Assembly: GCA_964057225.1 (NCBI GenBank)
Contig: OZ059896.1
Location: 9,548,001-9,612,000, forward strand
Source of the DNA: Auanema rhodensis
Lineage: Eukaryota; Animalia; Nematoda
Length of the DNA stretch: 64,000 nt
Reading direction: 5' to 3'
A program made the position numbers and the translations under genes. Below the pieces are notes generated by a model. That model had not been told where the DNA came from. It was given only the letters and a program-made list of their open reading frames with translations, and did no database searches. This document shows positions 25,305-36,654 of the stretch, piece after piece (position 1 is the stretch's first letter; every line of letters begins with the position of its first letter).

Positions 25305-27449
25305 CCTTCTTCTTTTATTTCATAGAAAAGGAAAAAAATATTTGAATCTGAAATATATAGCATGATGATTGAAACAATTTAATCTAAATTCATTATAAAT
25401 CAAAAAACTATAGAAAACATGACTGTGAAGAGATGATCGGTCAATTAATAGTTGAACTTTTGTTATAATACATAAACATAATTTATAGAATTGTAAAGAC
25501 CTAGAAATCATTCTATTCTATATTAAGGCATAACTTTCAAAAAATTGTATTATTAAATTAAAAAAAAAGTCAATCACGAAAAGAATGAAAAAAAACATAT
25601 AATGTAGCGAATTAGAAAGAAATATTGCCAACAACATTATAACAAAATAATGAAAGTTTGTTTCAAAAAGTTTTTTTTGTGAGGGGGTGGAGGGGATGAT
25701 GGGTAAGGGCAAATACGGAAGTTGAAACAGTTGTGACCGAGTAATTGGCATACTTTGCAAAGTTAAATGTTCATTATCAAAAGAAAATTTAAAAATATTG
25801 TAAAGACAATGAAGGTAATCCTTGTTTTTCAAGCTGAAATGGGTACATTATCGATGATATCATTATCAAATATTGACAAGCTCGATCAAAAAAAGATAAT
25901 TCTGAGAATCAGTACATTAGGTGATGAAAAAGGATAGAAAAAAGAGTTGAAAGAGATGATATAATAAAAATGAGACAAGAAAAGATGTAATAGCAATCGT
26001 GTACATGTGTGTATAATATGTGTATACACATATAACGTGTGTGTAGGGGGGGGGGGAGGGGGAGGGGGCTATAGGTGGTGATGGGTTTGTTTCTTTGAGT
26101 GTGACTACACTGAACAGTTAAATTACAGAATATCAATGTAAAACATTAAAAATGCTGTATTGAATGCTAATATGGAAGAAAACATAATGAACGTGTAATC
26201 TCTTAAAGTTTAAAATACAATATGTTGTTTCATTGGAAAATACGGTCAGTGCTAGAGTTATCATCATTAGAATACAGAGTTATATTAAAAATACTTAAAT
26301 AAATAAGAAATAAGGAAGTAAGAGTGATAGAATTTTAAAAAATTAATCTTTTATATAGTATGAATATAGAATATTTAAGACTTTTGGATAGTTTTGATGT
26401 TGTTCAAATGGTATTTGAATTCATTAACATCTTCGTCTACATGATGAAGTTCGCTAAACATCATCGGGGCGGCGCTGTTAAAGTTCGAAATGAAGATCTA
26501 TGTTTGACAAAAATGATAGAAACAAGCGGAAATTAACAAGATTTCTAAGTTCGAAATATAATTCTTTCAAATCATATGATGAGAATTTATCATTATTTTA
26601 AAAAATATTTTTTTTGGAAGAAAAAGAAATGATCACAAGTATAGTTCACCTTTTTCTTGTTTCAATTATCAAACAAGATCAAAACTTATGAAACAAAAAA
26701 AAAATTTTTTTCTTGTTATATAACAGTATACTAAGCTTGATACAACATAAAGTTTTTATGTTAATAATAGGGGCAAAATTGGATAGACAGCGAATTGAAC
26801 ACTTTTCGTCTAACCTGTTTTCATTTGACTGATTGTACTGATCGATTGGTATTAATGTTATAAGCTTATGATGATTAAACAACGTAAAACTACATTAATT
26901 TGATTTTAATAGTTTCAAATGATCAAAAGAAAAAAATGCTGAAATTTATAAAAAAAAAAGAAAAAATATGATACATTATATGTGAACTAATAGTATAATA
27001 TATAAGAAATGATTGTCAGTAAAGGGAACAAAATGACAATGTTCAATTCCATCTGATGAGGTTGATGATGGTTGATTACGTATGTGACACTCATGTTATT
27101 AGTTATTCCCGTAAGCAGATTAAACTAGTCGTGTTGACGCATTTCGTACCATAATACTTCAAAATGATCTCATATACATATACAGTTAAAACTTGAAACT
27201 GTCTTGAATAATACCTGTTACCTACATACATGCATCTTTTATTCTATCAAATTTTTCTTTTTTTTTATTTAGAAATGAAATAATTTTGATTCTTTGATAA
27301 ACAATTTATTATTATTTAATTTTTATTTCTGTTTTTTGTTCTTTTCTTTCTTGAGAAAAAAAATATATTTAATAACAATAATAATAATAATAATAATAAT
27401 AGACAATTCATTGATAATTTAAATAGTTTCAATATTATTCTGAAAATTA

Positions 27450-29646
27450 TTAATTTACTTGCCAATGAAGTAACTTTAAAATAAATTTGCGATATGGAGT
27501 AATAAAATATAAACTAGTTAAGGTACTACATAAAGGATAAAGTATAAATGTACAAGTTGTTATAATTAAAAATAAGGAATCATATTTGAAATCAAGAAAG
27601 AAAATATTTGAAAATAACAATATTAGACCATATGCAAGACCAGGTGCCATCATAGCACACATTGGATATAAAGCCTAAGATTAGGTTTATAATATATTCA
27701 AAGATCAGTAAAACGTACTTGTATTAGCAGCATATATGACATATTAAGTTGAAGTTTGCGAGTTTTTGGAGATATATATGTGTAATTTTCTTTAACTTTT
27801 TTGAAACAAAGAACAGGTATAGTGATATTAACTACACAAAACAATGAAAGCCCTATCAAGACTAATAATACTGGAATAATAAAAAAACATAGTATTTGAG
27901 AAAAAAGCAAAAGAATAATTTACCTATAATTTGATTTTGTATTATAGTAAGATCAGTTCCAGTTAAATAATATTGCGTATCATTCTGATAAAAATCTAAT
28001 AAGTGAGATTTACCTATTGAATAAGCATATTCACGAATTGCCTTTAAGAATATATATTTTAAAACAAGAATATTAAATAAAATATTAACTGAGCTATCAT
28101 ATAGCGCAAAATAAACCAGGTTAATAAGTATAGTAAAGATAACTAAATTAGTTCCAATTGTTATTAGGACTCCCCTTAAAATTAACAAATCATTGAACAT
28201 ATTTAAAATATTTAATATACAGTCCTGTGCGATGAAGGTTGCTTCTCAGACAAACTACAAAAAATCAGAAAAAATATATTTTGAGTGTTAAAAAATGATA
28301 ATGAATTTAGAAAAAATTAAAAAAAAAAAAAAAAAAAATACAACGTAATAAGCAGACTTCAAAGCTATTTTTACATGATAATGGCTTTCCAATACACAAT
28401 ACAACAATCAAAAAATCATGCTTAAAAGTAGTTTCTGAAGTCTCCGAAATTTTCATAAACTGCTTCAAGCCTTCTTTCATGAATTTCAGAAGTTTCATCA
28501 AGATTTCAGGAATACTTTTTCCATAGAATGTTAGGAGTACACTGAACGTCAATTTTTCTTTTAAATGGTAGAATTTGGTTGTACGTCAACCAAGTTTTCT
28601 TCATAGATATTCAGTAAGATTCAGATGCTGAAGCTTACTTGTTTGAAGCTTTGCCATAGGAAAAACTTAGTTAGTGATCGAGCTTTGTGCTGAGAATCAT
28701 TTAAAAATATTTCTAATGAATTAACATGTTCCTAATCTCAAATTTTGTTATATTAAGATGAATTATTCAAAATAGTTAAAAAACACTAAATTTCCTTATA
28801 AATTTAGAAAACAATATTGAAATCAGTTTTAGTTATATTAACATATATTTTGACTGAATATAAACTATATGAACTCGCAAAATTTTTGAAATTAAAAAAA
28901 AATTTGTTTTTGTAGTTTGAAGGGGTTTTCTGGGGCCTCTAACATAGGGGTGTCCCAACTATTTCGCACAGGACTGTATATATGTGTATTATTTAAATTT
29001 TGCAATAACTTATTAATATATAATAATTAATTTGTTTTATTAATATTACATTATTTGAAAACGTACTGAACACTGAAAAATAAATCCAGCATTTTCTGAT
29101 CGTCGGTCAAAAAAAAATATCTCAAGAATGCGCAATCATTCAATGCTGTGAAGCAACTCGTGCCAAGAACAAAGACAATTATAAGCTAAATGAAAAAAAT
29201 TTTGGTATAAACGAAATAATATCAAAAATATTTTATAGTATTATACCATAGAATCGCATGCTCCTTGAGAAGATCCTGACAACCCTCTACATGCTACAAC
29301 AGGCAGTGGCAATAATAAGTCTGGGAATAAAATTTGTAGCGAACATGAAAACATAAGTTCGCAACACTTAAAACTTTAGATATTATAAGAATAATAAATA
29401 TAAAATCATACAGCTAGTCGAAGAAGAACTACTTTATACTGCTTAATTTCTTTATTAGATTGTGTAAGAATAACAAAAATCCAAAACATTGTCGATAATT
29501 CAATAGTATATAACATAACTGAGTAAACTCTCAATGGTGTATGATAAATTTCTTCTAAAAAAACGAAATAAGAAATGCTGATAAACACATAAAAATGCAA
29601 AAAAAAACTTTCAAAAATCACCTTTGGCCTCCAGGAAATCGGACAT
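27450..29646 (-). CDS. Nematode serpentine chemoreceptor (Str superfamily; srh/sri/srd-like 7TM)
   Basis: Spliced frame MSDFLEAK|EEIYHTP...ILTQSNKEIKQYKVVLL...PDLLLPLPVVACRG...AFLRYFF...ISPKTRKLQLNM...LYFITPYRKFI. Multiple hydrophobic helices plus the Str-superfamily SxKTRxLQ and PYR motifs. Confidence 0.8.
28220..28976. mobile_element. Non-autonomous Tc1/mariner-type element (757 bp) in chemoreceptor intron 28175-29066
   Basis: 13-bp perfect TIR CAGTCCTGTGCGA / TCGCACAGGACTG. TA flanks both ends (28218-19, 28977-78). Subterminal inverted CAAACTACAAAAA motif. No transposase ORF. Confidence 0.85.
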
Positions 29647-30120
29647 ATCGCCTAATTGAATTCAATGAATTTAAACTAAAATGATTAATGATTGTTCATA
29701 TTAAAAAAACAAAAAGAGATTACATCCACATTCAAAAAAGAGAGGGAAAAAGTAATGAGTAAGTAGGTGAGGAAACTCAAATTGAGTGTGTTGCTTCTCG
29801 AATTTAGCAACAAATGTAAATGCTCGAAGAAAAAAAAACCTTTATCGTAAGATTTTTCGTGATTTTCATTGTTATATTATTTAAAAAACTACAAATCAAC
29901 GTAAAATACTATGCAAAAACGAACAAATACGTTTGTTTTCCAAGAAATTCAGCAAAAAAACTACGTATAAAGAGAAATATAATGATTAGAAGCAAAATAT
30001 ATAATAATATTTACCTATATTTGTACAGATGAGTGATTTTATCTGATTAATTAGTATAACAAATCACCGAATTCAACTATTTTTTTTTAACTTTGCAAGG
30101 ATATAACGTGATCACAAATA

Positions 30121-30632
30121 ATACAACGTAATAAGCAGACTTCAAAGCTATTTTTACATGATAATGGCTTTCCAATACACAATACAACAATCAAAAAATC
30201 ATGCTTAAAAGTAGTTTCTGAAGTCTCCGAAATTTTCATAAACTGCTTCAAGCCTTCTTTCATGAATTTCAGAAGTTTCATCAAGATTTCAGGAATATTT
30301 TTTCCATAGAATGTTAGGAGTACACTGAACGTCAATTTTTCTTTTAAATGGTAGAATTTGGTTGTACGTCAACCAAGTTTTCTTCATAGATATTCAGTAA
30401 GATTCAGATACTGAAGCTTACTTGTTTGAAGCTTTGCCATAGGTAAAACTTAGTTAGTGATCGAGCTTTGTGCTGAGAATCATTTAAAAATATTTTTTAA
30501 TGAATTAACATGTTCCTAATCTCAAATTTTGTTATATTAAGATGAATTATTCAAAATAGTTAAAAAACACTAAATTTCCTTATGAATTTAGAAAACAATA
30601 TTGAAATCAGTTTTAGTTATATTAACATATAT
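30121..30632 (+). repeat. Direct copy (~99% identical) of 28338-28848, the internal part of the Tc1-type element, lacking TIRs
   Basis: Near-identical ~511-bp sequence with about 5-6 differences by eye. Explains the twin ORFs 28307-28552 and 30087-30335. Confidence 0.95.
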
Positions 30633-30945
30633 CCCCCCCCCTATATGGGGGTAGCTATAATAAGTATAATAAACTTGAATATATTATGATATAAAAATTG
30701 AATCATTGCCGGCTTCGTACTGAAGCTGATGCCATTCAATTCTTGCAAGAGAAAGGTATAGTCTTTGAGACTAACGAATATGAGCGATGTTAACGACAAA
30801 TGAGTCTTTCTTCTGGTCGAAATAAGTGGACATGTACCATATAAGACTCGTATCTCATATAGGTATCACATTTTAATAAAAGTAAGTGCCTAACGGCAAA
30901 AGGGGCGGGGCTTAAAACGGAGGGTATAGAAACGTAAAAAGCGCC
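30633..30945 (+). mobile_element. Merlin/IS1595-like (ISXO2) transposon remnant
   Basis: LRTEADAIQFLQEKGIV...ERC*RQMSL...KWTC (~30710-30840) resembles the N-terminal zinc-ribbon region of Merlin transposases. The end AAAAAGCGCC (30945) reads GGCGCTTTTT on the other strand, a GG-starting terminus. Internally deleted, with a stop. Confidence 0.55.
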
Positions 30946-31202
30946 AAAAAAGTTAACTTATATGATATATCTAAATCAATATAATCACAAATTCTTAATA
31001 GAGACAGTTCAGATCAGATTTATGGGAACCATACTTTAGTGCATACAATTAAACTACAAATAATCGATTATTCAAGTCAGAAGTTGTATAATCACAGTAA
31101 TTCTTTCATTAATGCGTAAATCTACAACCATTTTATAGAACTTTCTTTATGTCACTTAGTTGTTACATACAAATCTTTGTTATAGGGTGTTGGAAAAGAG
31201 AT

Positions 31203-32426
31203 ATGAATAATCAAAAACGAAAAATTGATTTTATGAATCTTCCATTCAGATTTAGGAAGGCAATAATTTCTAAAGTTGCTTCAATCATTGTTCCATTTAT
31301 TATTTATTTTTTGTAGTGTTCTTTGGTATCCTGGAGTCGACTTATGAGAACATCGAAACATATAGATAAATGCCATTTCTCATCAAATAAGAGCTTACAT
31401 CTTTACGATAATCGTGTTCTATGGTGTATAAATGTAATTTCTCATTTTATTAATATTTTAAATTTAAATTTTATAATTTCAGGACATCTGGTTTCTAAGA
31501 AATCCCAACTTATTTAATGTTCCATCCTTTGAAGAGGTCTTAGCTGCCCGACAATTTAAAAATGAACAACTTACTGCAATTACCATTCATGTTCCTAGAA
31601 TTTGCATGAAGGTTTTTACAGTTTCTAACTTCAATACTATTTTTTTTTCAGATTAAAATGAGAGAATATTGTTTTAGCTTAGTTTCTAAAATATCTTCAT
31701 TGGGTGTAAGAACTGAGATTGTACATATTTGGGAATATCCTAAAATCGAGCTGCCACAGATGGAAAATTTTATTAATGTAAGAATTATCGTCATATAGTG
31801 ATATTTTAAAACATTTATTTTGAGATATGTGAAGCATCATCACTATGGACTGGCATCAACTTTACAGCTCAAAAATCTCTGCTGTGCATGCCCGTGATTT
31901 CGAAGGTTTAACCGAATGAAGACGTATTTATAATTGAGTAATTTAAATTTAAGATGAATTACTTGTATCTTCCTAACACAAGAATTGATGGCAAAACATT
32001 TTTACAACTTCGAAATCCAGTTATAGATGTTGATGCGACGAATATTTCCGGCTTGTCTCTTCTGCAATGGTTCAAGGTTTCAAACTTTTATTAATCATAT
32101 TATAACAAAGAAAAACTATTTTTTAGGAAATTCGTAACGGATACAGAATTATTCGTTATACCAAATTTAATAGATTATCCAGAAGAAAATGTGATGTATT
32201 ATTACGAAAGTTTGGAAGTGAAACAGCACTCGACTGGAAGTACAATAATTTCAACATAGAAAATAGTTATAAAAGATGTGCATGGTTTGCTGCAAATTGC
32301 AGATTATATCAATCAGAAGATATTAACAAACGTCAGTTATATTATTTTGTTTTAGACGATTTTTTTCTTAATGAGCTTCATGTATCTATTCTAACAGAAA
32401 GCCCTGATATTCGTGTCGATTACTAA
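31203..32426 (+). CDS. F-box protein with FBA_2-like C-terminal region
   Basis: Phase-0 short introns join an open frame. N-terminal FMNLPFRFRKAIISK|CSLVSWSRLMRTSK fits the F-box consensus. LQLRNPVIDVDATNISGLSLLQWFK|EIRNG resembles nematode FBA_2. Confidence 0.65.
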
Positions 32427-32680
32427 GACACAACCCAAATTTCATATTAACATACTTCGCAAAAGAAAATATAATTATTTTTCTTCATCCTCATTTTCAT
32501 CCTTTTTAATTAAGAATTGTATTTTTAGATGAAAAAATTCTCAGCTTTTTGAAAGCATAGATGTTCTATTCGCATAACCTCTGTTTTAACATATTTTTGT
32601 ACAGTTTTTGAATTGTTTGTTAATTCAATAATAAAATATAAGAGGTTAAGTTTAAACTGTTTTATATGAATTCAACTAAT

Positions 32681-33409
32681 TTAATAATTTGGCTTCTTCT
32701 TGCAAACAAATTTTCTCATGTGCACATCACACTCAACGTTAGTCCACTCTCCTTTAGTATTTCTTTTGTTTCCTAAATCATCTTGGAGCAACTGAAAAAG
32801 TTTCGAAAGTAAAGGTAACTCTTTAATATTCTATCAGAACTTACAGAAACACAATCTTGCTTGTTAACTCTTCGTGGATCTCCTTTCATCCATTGCTGAT
32901 AAGCATTTGAACTACCGTCGGTCCATTTCCAGTTATTGCCCTGTTAGACTCAAAAATTAAACAGACGATTAAGGCAAGTACCGAAAAATGCATTCCAATC
33001 CAAGTCATATCAATAGCTCTTTGCTTCTCTCCGGTCTCAGTTAAAGCTTAACATGCTCAAATAAATACAAAAACAAATATTGTTTCATACCTAAGACAAA
33101 GTTATTTTCGAAGTTGTTATGAATTGAAGTTAAATGTCCTCCCAAGTTTACGCAGTTGGCTTCAGCTCCATCAAAGTCAAGACCATCTCCAGCCTAAATA
33201 CTTGTTGTTTCTTCCAATTCACTCTACTAAACTAACAAAGTAGCATGAGTTTGTCATTTGAAAGTATGTCCAATATTCATCACATTGACCGCCCGCTAGA
33301 ATATTCAAAATATATTTGAAACATTTTTTCACTTTATTCACTCACCAGCGACTTGTGTGGCTGTGAAAGCCAGAGCTAACCCACAAAGTAACAAAAATTG
33401 TCTATTCAT
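32681..33409 (-). CDS. Secreted single-domain C-type lectin
   Basis: Signal peptide MNRQFLLLCGLALAFTA. CTLD motifs CDEYW...CY, AEANC...GGHLTSIH, WIG, WKWTDGS, DCV and EWTNVEC...FVCKK. Confidence 0.92.
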
Positions 33410-36400
33410 CTATAAAATATTAAAAAAAAACATTTGTTCATGTTTTCATATGAAATAGCTATGTACATAATAAAACAGAATAAATTTTAACTAATGACAG
33501 ACAGGATGTCATATGTAAAAAGCGTCCGAAACAGTTGTGCACTAGTACCATTCCTTTTCTTATATAAGAATGATAACTTTTATTATATTTTTATCGAAAA
33601 GCCACGTATTTATAGATATTAAATACTTTATCGTTAACTATATGTATATTTATTGCTTTCCATGAGTTTCTCAATTGGAATGATTATTTGGTGTTGGTTT
33701 TTGTCTCTGATTCCGTTCCTGTTGGCTCATCTTCGCTACTGTCTGTTATCTACGAAAGGACATCAACAATTCGATTTCTTAAATAATATCTATAACTCCC
33801 CTTAATTCAACAAGATGACAGACTTATATATTTATTGATCTGAATTTCGTTGTTTTGTTTATATGTTTCTACTTCAAACTTCATAAAATGTTCTTCCTTT
33901 TCTATTGATTGTAACAGTTTGTATCTTATCAATTGAGCATTATTTGTCATTCAAAAGATTAAGTACAGACTTTTAAAATCATAAGGATTAGAAGGGATAA
34001 ATATACACATAGTTTATATGTATATCTATATTTTAAATTATTAATTTGTTTTTTTATATATATTTTACTATGATATCTTTGAATTTGTCTGAAAGCGTAA
34101 GTAGATTCAGTTATTGTTGTTTGTATTTTCATAATACATATCTTATAAATATAATTTTTATCTTCATTAAAATAAAATATTGATATTGTAAAATATGTTC
34201 AAAAATTGCTTCTCCCGGATCCAAAATTTCTGTTTGAATTTGAATTATTGGAAATCAACAATTTCATTTTGAATAGGAGTATATACCATGTCAAACAATG
34301 TTGAACCAGAAGGATGTTAATTTCAGGCTATTTCGATATGATTATTCAGCTGTACTTGTTCAGCACAAACTATTCTAAACTAAATGAGATATTACTTTTA
34401 TATAATCTTCTAGTGTTATCTCAGTATCAAAATAAATTCATTTTAAAAATTTTTATCATTCTCATTTTATGAAGTTGATTTTTCAGTTTTAATTTTTGGA
34501 ATTTGAGTTATTTAATTTTTTCAACGCTTTCCTATCTTACCTTTTATGTACTGCGACTCATTTTATTATCTCGTGGTTTGTAGCTTCTCACTAGAAGTGG
34601 TGAAACACTTGACCAATATACTGAATTTAGAGCTTCTTGTGATTCTGTTGTTAAAAATTATGAAGAACTCTTACTCATTAGGAATTAGATTTATTAGAAC
34701 TGGAATGCTGAAGTGATCATTTAATGTTGCTTCCCCCATTGAAAAAACTGAAACTTATTTTGCTATGTCTTTGAGTTATTTACGTTGAATATACGAAAAG
34801 AATATAGGAAAAATGATCAAAACAGCTATTGAAAAAGTAATGAATGGTATAGATTATAAATCCTGACTAATGACCTTCTGTCTTTTTCTTCTATAGACCC
34901 CCTCTAAAATATGAAGTAGTTAGCATTCTCATGAATTTTAATGACTTAATTAGCAAACAATTATATATTATATATTTAGATATATATATAGATAGCCTTT
35001 CTAAATTTTTATGCAAATTGAGAACGAGAGAAAAGTGGTTTAACTCCTTATTCACGCTCTGATAATCATATAACGCTTATCACACAGTTTCATCTATGAT
35101 ACTCTCTCCCCATCAAAATAATAAAAATGATAGTTGAAATTTTCATTTATGAGCTATAATCATAATTTTCTTCTTTTACTTTTTTAATAATCGAATTCTT
35201 AGCTTTAGTCTATAGTTGACATTTTCTTATCTGAAATATATATAAAGTATCTTTGAACATTGTAAACCGGAAATATACGCAACAGGGGGTTCGATTATTT
35301 CACTTGAGATTATGCATTGGATAACTCTACATACATATGTTGGAGAATGAAAAGAACAAAGAAAGTGAAATTATTGAGGCATGATACATAGAAATAGCAC
35401 TTGAAAGCGTGAGTTTTCGCTGTGAAAAGATGTTCCAAAAACGAAAATGAATTTAAACTTTACTAAACGAAGATATTCACCGTGCGCCAATCAAAACTAG
35501 CTGTCTTACACTCGTTTACGTCCTCGTTTCTGCTTCTTCCAGCCTTGTAAGTTCCCTTTCTTGCGGCTTTTGCATTTCATTCTTCTTACATTATGTTTGG
35601 ACACATCGATCTCTTGTCCTCTCGCAAACTAACTTCCTTTTATAGTCAAGACGGGATGGCGGACTTGCTTGGACCAAAAAAATTCCGGCTCATCACGACA
35701 TCAACTTGTTATATATTCTCGTTCAGTTGAAATATCAGTTCGATCTATGTCCGATTTCGACCTCGCAGTACTTTTCTTTTAAATTACGAATGTTGCGTAC
35801 TTTTTGTTTTGTCTGCGAATTCACCAGAAATAGTATCTTCAACTGCTTTTTCTAATAGTATTTGCATTTTTAACTAGTTAATCCCATATTATTTGACATT
35901 AATGCTCTTATTCACAAAGTAACTTCAAGTTGGCTTACAAATATAGATGTAAACTTTCTTGAAGTAGCAGTTCATAGAAATTATGTTGGTCTCGTTTAGC
36001 TGATCTCATCGTCTTTAAGGCCAATGTAATAGACTGCGGTCTTTAGCCAGGGCTATCCTCGTTTGGTGTCAATTAGTGTTCTTTCAACGACGAATGTCAT
36101 AGTATTGCTAGGGTTTACATCCCTCTTGGATTTGATTTATTCTCGGATGCTGACAAGACAACCTCGCCTGGCTATTCTTCTGTCGTGTGTTTCAATCCAT
36201 CTTTCCAAATATTACACCTCACCATTGCCATTAACTTTCACTGAAAACAAAATTTTCAAAAATTAAAACTTAAAATAAACAAAATCATAATGCGAATATT
36301 ATCATAGAATTTCAGTTTTTCCAATGTTTTTTTAGCTCGTAAACTGATAAAAAGTGTTTATTATGACCTACTTTACAACGAATTACTTTAGACGCAAAAT

Positions 36401-36654
36401 GTTCTCAGCTGGCGAGGCCAACTTTAAAATGAACTTTCATTAGATATAAAATACCTTCAACTATGTTAAGTGACTTTAGCATTGGCCCAAAATCTCGGTA
36501 GAGCATGCCCAAGTGCTTCCTTCAAGTGACCTGTGTTTCACGTCTTTTATTTGCTCAAATTATCGTTTCCTGTGTATTGCTTCTTCAAAGTGCTACTTCA
36601 TGAATTTATTTTGTTTAGACACGAGTTTGGTGACTTCAGACCAAATGTTTTTCG

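Noticed and set aside
24394-25365. Plus-strand ORFs over the transporter, and similar antisense ORFs over rga-5 and the nuclear receptor
   Set aside because: Antisense shadows of coding exons with no independent support.
28307-30335. Twin 81/82-aa ORFs as a duplicated gene or transposase
   Set aside because: They start at non-ATG codons, lie inside the repeat and show no DDE motif.
31260-31261. GC-AG first intron in the F-box gene
   Set aside because: A canonical GT donor 15 nt downstream keeps frame and completes the F-box consensus.
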